Source: Paraspadella gotoi (Eukaryota; Animalia; Chaetognatha). From it: a stretch of DNA of 64,000 nucleotides. Positions within the stretch are counted from its first letter, which is position 1. Every line of letters begins with the position of its first letter. A program made the translations under genes and the position numbers. Where the stretch lies: assembly GCA_051294375.1 (NCBI GenBank), contig CM119267.1, forward strand, positions 16,410,169-16,474,168. Direction: 5' to 3'. Below the pieces are notes generated by a model. That model saw only the letters and a program-made list of their open reading frames with translations, was not told where the DNA came from and searched no databases. Shown here piece after piece: positions 41,201 to 53,395 of this stretch.

Positions 41201-41730
41201 TAGGATGTAACAAATTATTTATTTTTTTGGTTTGATTTAATCTATTTTTTGGAAGAAGCGGAGAATTTAAGATTTAGCTTGCTCCGATCGGCTGACAGCT
41301 GGGGATAAAGTCGGACCGTAGCGAAGAGAGGCTACATGACGGCAATAGATCGGGGAGACAGAGATTTGGTAAGATGTCGTTTTTAAAATGCAATAAACAT
41401 CTAACACGCAATTAAAGTCGGTTGGACTCGTAAATTGTCTAATTACAGTTGTGGTTGAATTCACTCGTCAAAAGAATTATTGCAGAGAAACTTTGTCCCG
41501 GTATTTAAGCACTAACAAGGAATATTTAAAAGCAGGTGCAAGCTGTTTAACGCAATGAAAATGCCTTCTTTAAAGCATCGAGACGTACAAGATTTTTTTC
41601 CGACCAATATACGGCGCTCCGTGGCTGCTGCAGACGATGACACGCCCTCCAAATGAAGGAAGTGTCGCAGGATGCAGGATCTGAGCGTCTTGAGAAAACG
41701 TACCATCTCTTTCTCTGCGTATTTTCGAAA
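38300..41730 (+). mobile_element. 5'-truncated, frameshifted CR1/L2-group LINE (RT plus C-terminal region), probably interrupted at ~39850-41100
   Basis: Plus-strand motif remnants in the expected order: AAGPD.IP-like (~38420-38455), NYRP.ALT (aattagtagacctagctctga ~38575), HG (~38780), DFAKAFDK.DH (actttgccaaagattcacaaaattagacgtcat ~38972), DD (~39340), LGV (~39556), NLY.LERRRE (~41240-41265), KLFNAM (~41540), DTP (~41640). Confidence 0.65.
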
Positions 41731-43699
41731 ATGAACCGGGACTTCGGCGTGCCACTCTGCGATTTAACAAAATGGGATGGAGATGGGGAGAAAATGGGTG
41801 AGGAGATGGGGAAAGAGATGGGCAGAAATGGGGTGAGAGAATGGGAAAGAGATGGGAGAGGATGGGATGTAAACGAAATATAAAAGGCAAGGAGAAATGG
41901 CCAAGGTGGATAGGAAAAGAACGGGATGGAGTTGGGAAGCGACGTGGAGAGATATTTGGAAAGAGGAGAGAAAATAAAAAAAAAAATATTTAAGGACTGA
42001 TCCATAAAGCGTAGACAGAGAAAGATAATGCATACGAAAACTTACCTTACAGAAGAATAATAAGTAAAAATCGAAGATAAAAGTATGAAGAAAGTAAAGA
42101 GACGAAGAAACGACGCCCTTTAAAAGTCGTCAAGAATGATCACACAATCAACAACACATTCTCCAGGACTATTTTTACTTTTGCCTCCAAAAACCTAAAT
42201 GCAGATTCGATATTTTTGAAAAAAACAAAACAGTGTTTTATTCTCTAATAAACCATTTAGATACGATCCGAATTGCATGTTTTGCCAACAGTACCTGAAC
42301 ACTATCTCCTCTCTCTCTTCTCTCTCGAGCTCTCTCTATCTCGAAACGATCTTACTCTCTCCTCATCGTCTCGCTCCTCATCTGATCTCAGTCTGCATCT
42401 CTCTCTCTTCTCCCCTGACCGTCCCTCTTCCGCCAATCTATCCTCTCACACCTTTCGAACGAAGTGAAACAAAAGAGCAGAGGAAGAACTACCCTAAGCA
42501 AATTTGGCGCCATTACCAATGGGAAAGTGCGTATCACGTCCAATAGCGAGTGAACGCGATCACTTCCTTCGGAGGGCGAAGACCTGAGCGAGGAAAATAA
42601 TGTACGCTGATTTGACGAAGATTTTTGGAGTTGAATCTTTTTCAAAGGAGAAGAGTGAAAAACTAATATTGTACCCATGTTTACGGTAGATTATAATTTA
42701 TAGGCGTAGAAAATATATCTACTTCATTCATGATACAAAACTTTTTGTGGGGAGGGTTCATTTTGGGTCCATTCTCCGCCGATTTTTTTTCTGCCAAAAA
42801 GTGAACGGTTTTAGTTGTCATTAAATTTATTTAACTTATTTAGTTTTTGGAAGGGTTTTTGTCACTTACGTATTTGTAAGCATCAAGTAAAACATATGAA
42901 ACGAAAAACATCTAACTGAGCGTAAAATAAAGAATAATATAGATAGATTTATCCCTATGGATAAAAACATCATATATAACTTTGGTCCCGCCCACAAAAA
43001 TATCATTCACCACCAGACCTTTCTTATTAGGGGGCCTCATTGCATATGTATGATTTTTCTATATTAATAGATACTAACAGGAACATGATGTGTTGATATC
43101 TATTAGAAAACTAGGACAGATTGTCATCTAACCTGCAGTGTTTTAATAGAGTACTCGTTACAAAGTCCGCTCTAATTTCCAGAAGTCAATACTGACGTTC
43201 CTCTTTTCCCAAAAATTGAGTTATTAGATTATAAGAATGATAAGTAACATTTTTTTAACGAAAGAAACGCAATATACTATTGTGATTAAAGAATGAGATT
43301 AAATAACAAAATCCTTCATAAAATATAAAAATAAGAGAAGTAGTGAAAACAAGTAATTTGAAAATTTCAACTAGAAAGTAAAGAGTGGATGAGCCCAGTG
43401 CAAGTAATTAACCAGTCATTTCTTCTCCTCTCCCCTCTCAGTCCGCTCATCCTTCTCGTCCGGCTTTTCGCGGGAAAGGCTCCAGGGAAGAGTTTACTCA
43501 ACTTTTATGTCGTCGAGTTTCACGTGGAATAATTATGGAACGTGGAGACTTCATATTCCAGGTTGTGAGGCGCATCAGTCGTTACAAAGAGAGACCTTTT
43601 TTGGCGAGCGTACAATTAGATGGAATGGAAGCCCCAAAAAATTCATAATTTGGTTTGCTAGTTAATAATTTTAGCAATCGAATTATCAGATTATTAAGT

Positions 43700-43830
43700 A
43701 TATTTTAATATAATAGAATATAATATAATAATTAATAATAATAATAATATAATCAATAATAATAATAATAATAATAATATATAAGTAAGTAATAATAATA
43801 TAATATAATAATAATAATAATAATATATAC
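43700..43830 (+). repeat. (TAA)n microsatellite
   Basis: Directly visible. Confidence 0.9.
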
Positions 43831-45180
43831 GTTAGCTAGTCTTATACCTAATAACATTATTGTTAATGAGAATACTATTATAAATACTACTTATTTAAAT
43901 ATATGTTAAGTGTAAAACTTTTAGATATAGATAGATAGATTATATGTAAGACACCATGTAATTAATCACATCAAAATAAAACCAGTGTTACAGACTTTCA
44001 GCTGTTTTCTAACGATAATAAGATCAAGGAAAAAGAAAACCCAACAATTGAAAGTTTAACAGCGACTCAACAAAGGTCAGACAATGATCAAAGCTCAATA
44101 GAAAAGACAAACAACCACGGATCCCTTCACCATAGGTCAAAGTCCCAGGCGAATACCGGTGATTAATCTGGCGGCAGAGACGAGAGAGAGAGAGAGAGAG
44201 AAGAGAGAGAGGAGGAGAAAGCAGAGAGAAGAGAGAGAGAAGATGAGAAGAGAGAGAGGAGAGAAGAGAAGATAAGAGAGGAGAGTGAAGACACAGAGGA
44301 GACAGAGAGTAGACGAGAGAGAGAGAGAGAGAGAGAAAAAGAGAGAGAGAGAAGGAGAGAGAGAGCGAGAGAGAGAGAGAGAGGAGAGAGAGGAGAGGGA
44401 GCAGAGAGAAGAGAGAGAGAAAGTGNNNNNNNNNNNNNNNNNNNNNNNNNTTTCTTTTTTTCTTTCTTTCTTTCTTTCTTTCTTTTTTTCCCTTTTTTTT
44501 CCTCTCGCCTTTTCTTCCTCAAATAAAAATCAAGAGTGAAAAGGAAAGAGACAACGAAAAACTCTTTTTTTTCCCTCCCGTTTTGTTTTTTGTTTATTAT
44601 CCTTTTTTTTTTTACCCCGGTGTTTTTTCTCTGTTTCCTCAGTTCTTTTGTTTTGTTTTTAATCCTCCATCCTTCGCTTCCTTTCGGCTCCTTATTCCTC
44701 CCTTTTTTCCTCCGCGGAGGAAAGGAAAAAAAAATGGAAAAGAAAACAAGAAACCAGAACCCAAGCGAGAAAAAAAAAGGAAAAAAAAGGGGAAGAATCC
44801 AGGTTGGAAGAAAGAAACCACCTTTTTTTCCCGCCGAGGAAAATCAGAGGAGCTTTTCAACTGAAGAGGTTTCCCCTTTGTTAATCGTAAAAAGCGCTCT
44901 CGCAACAGAGGGCGCGCGAGAGTGCAACGAGAGAGAGAGAGAGAGGAAGAGAGAAAAAGAGAAGCGGCCAATGAGCTAAAAACCAAAGGTTTCCTCTGCT
45001 TAATTATTTTTTTCTACTTTTCTCTTTTCTTTTTTTTTCTTGTTTCTTGATCTCCAGTAAGTTTTTTTTTTTATTTTCTCTTCGCGATCTTTCATGCGAA
45101 TATCGACAGCTTGATGTTGGAAACAATTCAAGTGGAAGAGGGGAAAGATTTACACTCGGAGATAGAACATAAAGAAAGAA

Positions 45181-45240
<60 letters not shown>

Positions 45241-46686
45241 TTTTTCTCTTTCTTTTCATCATTGTCTTCTTCCCTTTATGGAGTCAGCCTTTGAAGGTTT
45301 AGAAAGTTGGCAAGCGGTGATGGAAGCGTTGATGGATGACGTCGGCGCCGAATGCCGCGGAAATGCCGCTGAAATGCCGTAGAAAATCTGGGGAAAATGC
45401 GGCGGCGATGCGGCAGGAGGAGAAAAAAAAACCGCTGGGATGTGGAGGTCGTGCATAGAATTTGCGATGAGTTTTTCTCGTTCGCCTCTCAGGAGAAGAA
45501 AAAAAAAACCCCGAAAAGTTGTTGTTTAAAATTCAGATTTTTTTTCCTTCTTGACGGTGACGGATTCAAAATATAATCAATGCCTCGTCAACTTGTTAAA
45601 TTTAAGCAGGGAAAAAGGTGTCAAAAAAGTTTTAATAAACAAAAATAAGAACAAACCCGAATAAAATCGTATCAGAGGCCGGAATATGAAAAAGACCTCG
45701 AGTGATTTTTAAATGCGCCCGGTGAAAATTAAGATCAAGTAAAAATTGATTAATTAATTTGAGTAGAAGGAGTGAGAGTGAAAGCGTAAGAAACTAAACT
45801 AAACCAAGAGTCTTAATATCTTGTTTGAACATTATTTTTATAGTGAAGAGGCTGGTTTTACAGGGCGCCACACCCGCAGCGGTGTCACCTCGTGGCGACA
45901 GCGAGACAGCATGTTGATGTAGTCCAGTGCTTTGGATCTGGCAAACCTGCCGCAAAAACCATCTAAAAAGAATATTAAATAAGCTGAATTATATATTAAT
46001 TACGAAGCGAATTGCAAATCGGATTACACAATGAGCGGCGTCTCGTAATGACAGGTGAGCTCGCGTGGGCGAGATTAAAATTGCGTGGGACAAATTTTAA
46101 AAGCAAGATCATGAAAAAAAAAGAAATCCTAAGGAAAAGAATGAAGAAGGGATTAAAGGTGAATCGGAGAAGAGACTAAGAATACAAAAGAAAGTAGCGA
46201 AGAAGTTGGATGGCGACCGATGGCGTGTTATGCAAGATGAAGAGAGAAAGAATGAAGATTAAGTCATGTTAGAGATAATGCGAGAAATTTGGGGCGAAGC
46301 AGGTGTAGAAAAGTGTGCGATGGAAATATCAAAATGTTGGAATTCAAGGTAATCGCTTGCAAAAATTGATCCGCGCGCGCATTAGACACAGCCGCGCACC
46401 AGCGCTTCTAGATCTCTCCGAGACACAATGACTTCGATTCGGAAAAGTAGATTAAATGTACGAGAGAGATCGATTTATAATATAAGAGACATCGAACCCA
46501 GACGCATTAATGCGCCTTTCGATGGCGCTTCTGTTAAATTGTGCTGAAACCCGGATGTTAAAAGCTCGAAAACCCGTATGTCGTCGTGTCAATTGAGATC
46601 GATCGATGCGCGATTGAGTTCGAATCGTTCGAGATAACGAAGAAAAGAGAGAGCGGGGGGATGTTTGTGCTTTATATGACGAACGA

Positions 46687-46878
46687 ATGAGGAAAAATAG
46701 GCCGTCAGCGGAAAAGAGGAAGAAAGAACTCTTCGGCAACAACAAGAAAGCAGACGACGACCTCCAGGAAATGGCGCGCGAATTCAAAATAGTCCCAACT
46801 TCGATCCTCGGAGAAAGAAAAAAAAAGAGCATCGTCTCTACCGATGTCGAAAAGTCTTTTCGCTTGGCTGAACAATAA
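46687..46878 (+). pseudogene. Possible psq/CENP-B-type HTH remnant (pogo/Tigger transposase N-terminus)
   Basis: SAEKRKKEL...EMAREFKIVPTSILGERKKKSI resembles the .EK..I....LA.EF.I..STI..I.K.K..I pattern. No DDE domain follows. Confidence 0.3.
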
Positions 46879-48243
46879 AAAGATGCTGCGAGAGAGAGAG
46901 AGAGAGGAGAGACAGACACAGAGAGAGAGAGAGACCAGAGACACAACAGAGAGAGAAAGATCACACAGAGAGAGAGACACACAGAGAGAGAGGACAGAGA
47001 GAGAGTGAGACAGAAGAGAGAGTGCAAACAAATATTAGAACTTGGAACAAAATTGGAAAAAATTTCCAATTGGTAAACATTGTAACATATTTTTGCCTTT
47101 CTTTATTTCTTAAATTATATATAGATTTTCTTTCCTATATTTGTCATTTGCTGCTTTTTCTGAACCCTTCAACGAGTTTCAGGTTCTGCAGTGACTGTTC
47201 AGACTGGCTTCCAGCTTTCTCTTTCTTTCTGTCTCTCTGGTCTCTCTTTTCTCCTTTCTGTTCTTCTTTCTCTCTCTTTCTGTCTTTCTGTCTCTCTCAC
47301 TCTGTACGATCGTTCGTTTTTGAAAAATTTCTGATTATTTTTTTTCCTTCTCAAAACTTTTATTATCGTCATTTATTCCGCGCTTTTTTTTTTTAAATAC
47401 AAAATCCCAAATTTTATATCTGAGATATAATTGGAAAGAAATTCGTTTTCTTTGTTCTCTCTCTCTCCTCTCTCATCTTTCTCTCTCTTTCTCTCCTCTC
47501 TCCTCTATTATTTTTAAAAAAAAATAAAGAATAATTAATAATGATATGCATTATCAATATAAATTTCAGCCTAATGTGACTATTATATATGCAAGCACTT
47601 TCGCCGAATAATATAATTGCATGCATCACCATTATAAAAAAAAAAAATTTGTTTTTATTTATTATTGCAACTTTTGGACCGGTTGGCCCACTATTGGCAA
47701 ATTATATCTAAAATAGGAGTTGATAAGAAGAGTATAGTCAAATTAAACATTACTTTTTTTTTTATTTTCTGATAATTGTAACTATTATTAAATTTATAAA
47801 TATTTTTTAGTGTAAATATTTAATCATTTTTAACTTTTTTTTTAAATAATAATTATTTGAGTTGTGATAACTATTTATAAATTAATTAAATATGCAAATA
47901 TTAAATTTGACCTCGTGTCTGGTTTTCTTCGCTAAAAAGAACAATATTTTTCTCTCTATCTCTCTTCTTCTCTCGCTCTCTCTCTCATCTCTCTTCTCGT
48001 CTTTCTCTCTCTTTTTTTCCTTCTAAAAACTTATTAATCGCCAATTTATTCCCGAGATTTTCGTGGATTTTTCGCTCTAAAAACTTTTATATCGCCATTT
48101 ATTATTTATCTCAATACAAAATCCCAAAATACAATAACTTACTTAACCTAGAATTTCGTGGTCGTTGCGGAGCAAACAAGTAAACAATGGTCGAGGAACA
48201 ATGAACCTAATAACGCGTTTACGTGTATAAAAAAAAATCAACA

Positions 48244-48997
48244 TGTATGGCAACAGCCGGGTTGCCTGTGATGCCATTGGGATGGGGCATCTCAACTGTT
48301 GGCTTTGGGGGCTTCCGACCCCTCAGTGACGCTTTAGTCACTGGCGCGGTTACCCTAGGACGGTCTCGCTTTGCCAACGCAGAGGAAGTCGTTAGGACTG
48401 TGGATGGAACAGTACGCCTGGGATGGTGTGTTCCCCCTCTGAAGCCAATGGATTTGGCTGACGGATGGTGACGTGAGGCGGGTTTTTGAATATACCGCCA
48501 CAGGATCCCGGGCCAAGACATCACTCAGGTATCCTCAAGCCTGAGAGGTGTCTGGACAAGACTGTTACCATAGTGGGAGAGAAGAGAGAGAGCGCAGAGT
48601 TGTGGGGAGCATAGGCGTTTGTCGTAGCGTACCCCAGGGGCATAGGCGTTTTGTCGTAGCGTACCCAAAGTCGGCAGGGCATAGGCGTTTGTCCGTAGCA
48701 TACCTGAGAAGTTGCGTTTCGATAGTAGGGGCTCACCACTTATGGCAAACAGCCGGGTTGCCTGTGATGCCATATGGGATGGGGCCAATCTCACTGTTGG
48801 CTTTGGGGGCTTCCGACCTCAGTGACGCCTTTAGTCACATGGCCGCGGTTACCTAGGACGGTCCTCGCTTTGCAACGCAGAGGGAAAGTCGTTAGGACTG
48901 TGGATGAACACTACGCCTGGGATGGTGTGTTCCCCTCTGAGCCAATGGATTTTGGTGACGGATGGTGGACGTGAGGCGGTGTGAATATACCGCCACA
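48244..48997 (-). mobile_element. TRIM-like miniature LTR retroelement (~750 bp, non-coding)
   Basis: Direct repeats 48244-48502 and ~48740-48997 (~260 bp) bounded by TGT...ACA. A PBS-like TGGTGAGCCCC (48738-48728, minus) lies next to one LTR. The internal part is ~235 bp. The element splits the host sequence aaaaaaatcaac|ttgacc, which is intact at ~52995-53012 and ~13310-13330. Confidence 0.75.
48607..48706 (+). repeat. Three ~30-bp repeats (gcataggcgtttgtcgtagcgtacc) inside the TRIM
   Basis: Directly visible; separated by short variable linkers. Confidence 0.9.
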
Positions 48998-49124
48998 ATA
49001 GACCCAATTTCACGACGCCGTTGCGAGGCACGATAACCGGATATAAAACGAAGTGACGCTAATAATGCGTCTCGTTGGTGGGAAAAACTCTCTTCTCTCT
49101 CTTTCCTCTTTCTCACCTCCCTCC

Positions 49125-49165
<41 letters not shown>

Positions 49166-49638
49166 TCTCTCTCTCTCCTCTCTCTTTTTTTTCCTTCTAA
49201 AAACTTTTATTATGCCATTTATTCCGCGCTTTTTTCCCTTTCAATACAAAATCACAAATTTACATCCGAGATTTTCGTGATTTTTTTTCTAAAAATTCTG
49301 ATTATTCTTTATATAAACGAGAGAGACCTAATAATGCGTTTCGTTGGCGGAAAACTGTCCAGCCTCTCTCTTCTCTCTCATCTCTCTTCTCTCTCTCTCC
49401 TCTTTCACTCATACACGCATTTGTTTGTTTTATTTACGAATGAAATGAATTCAGCGCGTCAATGAATCACTATCATCGCATCAAATGCAATGACTATCAT
49501 CGTATCAATGATGATTATCATCAAATATCAATGAATGAACTATCATACACAGTCATTTTGTTATCATCTGCAATCAATTATTGGTTATCAATCGCATCAA
49601 TATTTGTTACTATCGAAAGCGGCTCGAATCTTTATGCT

Positions 49639-50186
49639 TTTAAGATTTTTTTTATTTGTATTAAAATTAAGATATAGCTTCTCATTAAAAAATCCTTTGA
49701 GTTCCCATTTTTAATTAGAGATTTAAAAAAAATTTTTTTTAATTTCATCTTCAATATTATATACTGGCAATATGTAAATTAGATTAAGCATTTCTATTAT
49801 GCTAATTTGGATATTATAAATGAGTACTATAATCTCAGTTCATATTGCAGTAAAACATGAATGAAGTGGAAATTTCAAAACAAAAATACTAAATTCAAAT
49901 GTAATAAGAAAATATCAAAGCTATTTCAAGATGAGAAAGCCATATCTAAATTTTTTACTACTATGAATCGCACACTTTTGTAAACTTTATCATAATCATA
50001 ATATTTTTATTTAAAAAAACCCGGTAAATCCACGCAAACCTATAAAAGCGTAAGTAGTTTTTATACAAAAAAGCGTGACGGAACGACGACGGACGACGAC
50101 GACGACGACGAACGTCCAAGAAGCAAATCTAAAACATTATAGAGCCTGAAACCGGCTTCGCCGGTCATGGCTCCGATAAAAAAAAA
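49639..50186 (-). mobile_element. Helentron-associated (HINE/DINE-1-like) non-autonomous element, copy 1
   Basis: On the minus strand it starts with a T-run, then the hairpin gagcc..ccggc-gaa-gccgg..caggctc, then a (GTC)n tract. It is the reverse complement of 51768-52322. Confidence 0.55.
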
Positions 50187-51767
50187 TTCAACATTTTTCT
50201 AAATAGAGATTTCCGTTCGAATCTGACTGCCCAACTTTACAACCGAGCCTGCAAGAATTCCGTAGAAAACAGTTTGTAAAAACACCCGATTCCGACAGCT
50301 TTGCATCTTCAAGAGCTCGTTCCTTTCTTCTTGTGGCATTTGATAAGATTTTTACTATCAAACAAGCTAGGGGAAATGTAGCTACTCGTCTCCGGAGGAT
50401 TTTCATACCTTATTTTACTGTAGAATGAAAGGGAAATTTCACTTTTTTAAATTACAAAGGGATTAGGGTATGTTAGCATTATATAGTGGTACTTCGAATT
50501 ATTGAGATTCCAAAAGCCTTGTGTCCCTAGAAGCTCGTTTTATTTTTCTTTTTATTATTGACCATTTTTTATATTTAACCAACATGGTAACTGAATGGTC
50601 CAGTTTTCAATCGCGAAATTTTTATAAAAAGGAAATAAAAGGAAGGTTAAGAGAAAAAACTTATTTTTCCCTAATACTTTTGAAGGAACAAAGATTAAAT
50701 GGTTGGCAAATAGTAACAAAAATGAAGCCATAATCATAGGGCACATATAAGAATAACAATTTTAGAAATTATTTTTGCTGAAACTCTTTTACAGGGTGAG
50801 TGTAAACTAAGTCAAAAATTATAATTAATTTTAAAAACTATGAAACCCCATAAAGAATTAATAAAAATTAGATTTTATTTTTTAAGATTCTGAAGAGAAA
50901 AAAAGCTAAAATTGTACCTCTAAAGTAAAACTTAAAAGTTTTTTGGATAAGAAAATGTAAATTGTTTGTCACTTAAAATAAGTTGCTGTGTCTGAATTTT
51001 ACAAAGCATGCTTACAAAATTCTACAAAATATTATCACGCCCATCACCAGTCTAAGTATTTATCTTTCTTTTCACCACAAAAAGTAACATTATCTTATTT
51101 AGAGAACAGGGACGTTTACTGAAATGAGCCAGAAGATGTTCCACTTTAAATGTCAGTTTTAATTAATAAAATAGGCATTTTTTTTAATACTCAACTTTCA
51201 CAGGCTTCACAGACATACAACTTTCACAAATACCCAATATTAATTGTAAATGTATTATATTTTTTTAACCTAGAAATTATAAAAGATTAGAAAGTTGTGG
51301 ATTCCCTTTCGCTTCGTTTAAAGGGAAAAAAAATAACTAGGAATTATAAGTTTGTAAGAGGAAGTCAGAATCGGCGAAAATCTTAAAAGGCGAGATGTTG
51401 AAAAAAGGGAGAGGAATTTTGGTTTGTTTTTGGTTCGATTTCTTCTAAACCCATGGGCCCAATTTAGACGTAACTTAAGAAATTTAATATTATTCAGTCA
51501 TCTCTATCCAAAATATATAAATATTATGAAAAAAGGTTTGGATCGAGTTTCGCGAATTTGGTTCTAAATATGAGATTTCCGACTAACCCCAAATTGAACG
51601 AGATTGGCAGAAATTCGGGTAAAAACAGTTGTAAAAAAACACACGATTCCGATAGGCTATATCTTAAGAGCTAGCCAAATTCGTCTTAATGGCAATTTGT
51701 TAAAGGATTGTAATATCAAACAAGCCAGGGGAATGCACTAGTCATCTCTGGAAATTTTCAAACCTCA

Positions 51768-52322
51768 TTTTTTATCGAGGCCTTTGAACGGCGAAGCCGG
51801 ATCAGGCTCTATAATGTTTTAGGGTTGCTTCTTTGTGACGTCGTCGTTGTCGTCGTCGTCATCGTCACGCTGTTTTTTTATTATAAAAAATACTTTTACG
51901 CTTTTATAGTTTTGGCTGTTGACTTACCGGTTTTTTTAAAATAAAAATTATTATGAAATTATGATAAAAGTTTTAAACAAAAGTGTGCGATCATAGTAAG
52001 GTTAAATTTAGATATGGCTTCCTCATCTTGAAATAAGCTTTGGATATTTTTCTTATTAACATTTATATTTAAGTATTTTTTTGTTTGAATTTCACTTCAT
52101 TATTATTTACTCGCAATATGCAAATGAGATTATAGTACTCAATAATAAATATTCCAATTAGTATATAGAAATGCTTTAATCAATTTTACATATTGCAGTA
52201 TATAATATTGAAGATGAAATTAAAAAAAAAATTTTTTAATTTTTAATAAAAATGGGAAACTCAAAGAATTTTTTTATGAGAAGCTATATCTAATTTAAAT
52301 ACAAATAAAAATAAAATCTTTT
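51768..52322 (+). mobile_element. Helentron-associated (HINE/DINE-1-like) non-autonomous element, copy 2
   Basis: ttttttatcgaggcctttgaacggcgaagccggatcaggctctataatgttttag...gtcgtcgtcgtc: a T-run, GC-GAA-GC hairpin and microsatellite layout typical of DINE/HINE 5' ends. Confidence 0.55.
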
Positions 52323-52334
52323 AAACAAACTGCG

Positions 52335-53320
52335 ATTTGGAAAAAATTGAAAAAATTTTTTTTTCCAATTGTAAAACATTGTTTAACATTTTTTGCCTTT
52401 TCTGTTATTTATTTTTTTAATTTTATATTTTTTTTTTCAGGCGCTGCCTTTTCTGAAAATCGTTAAAAACGAGTTCAGTCTCCTCTCTGTCTCTCTCTGT
52501 ACGATCTCTTGCGTGAATCGTCCGTTTTTTTGGAAAAATTCTGATTATTTTATTCTTTCTAAAAAAACATATATAATTTGATCAGACAGACGCTGGCCTT
52601 GTTCTGAAATCGTGTTAAAAAAACGAGTTAGGCTCTCTCTCTCTCTCTCTTCTCCTCTCCCGTCTCCCTCCGTCTCTCTCTGCTCTTCTCTCTCTCTTTT
52701 TTTTTTTTTTACAAAAAAACAAATTATTTCACAGTTTTTTTTTACACCGTTTTTTTAAAAATTCTTATTTCTTTCCTTCTAAAAACTTTCATTATCGGCC
52801 ATTTTATTCCGCGCTTCTTTCAATACAAAATCCAAATTTACATCTGAGATTTTCGTGGATTTTTATGGGAAAATGTGAAGAATAACTTCTTGACCTGGAG
52901 TTTCGTGGCCGTTGCGGGGCAACGAGTAAACAATGCGAGGAACAATGACCTAATAACGCGTTTGAATGGCAAACGGAAACGTTACGTGTATAAAAAAAAT
53001 TCAACTTGACCGAGAATCAGCCGATATAAACAGAGTGACTTAATATTGCGTATCGTTGGCGGGAAAACTTTCTCTCTCTCTCTCTTTCTCTCTCTCTCTC
53101 ACTCTCTCTCTTTTTTTTTTCAAACCAGTAAACGATTCCGGGTCTCTCTCCTCTCTTCTCTTCTCTATCTTTTTCCTCTATCTGTCTCTCTCTCTCTTCT
53201 CTCTTTCTATCTCTTTTTTTTGTAGCAAAAATAATTTTAGTCACTTTTTTTTTCAGCCACCGTCACTGACTGCGCGATGAGGTTTAACGATTAACGAGTT
53301 CCGGCTCTCTCTCTGCATTA
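52335..53320. mobile_element. 'Family A' modular repeat copy (contains an empty site for the TRIM)
   Basis: Matches 47040-47430 and 48015-48243 directly, and 13150-13425 inverted. Confidence 0.7.
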
Positions 53321-53359
53321 GAAAAAGGAAAAATNNNNNNNNNNNNNNNNNNNNNNNNN

Positions 53360-53395
<36 letters not shown>

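Larger units (their letters stand above)
47040..49612. mobile_element. 'Family A' modular repeat cluster, interrupted by the TRIM-like element
   Basis: The subrepeat ttccttctaaaaacttttattatcgccatttattccgcg...aatacaaaatc occurs at ~47345, ~48018, ~48075, ~49191 and ~52773. 47040-47340 is a direct relative of 52335-52570. Confidence 0.7.

Noticed and set aside
41512-41757. Minus-strand ORFs resembling an anoctamin (..GI....LH) or PH-domain (KRWYVF) exon
   Set aside because: The plus strand fits the LINE C-terminus (ERRRE, KLFNAM, DTP), collinear with the upstream RT motifs. The minus-strand resemblance is probably chance.
48607-48706. Mini-CRISPR-like repeats with linkers
   Set aside because: The linkers are only about 5-12 bp and the repeats lie inside an LTR-bounded element.
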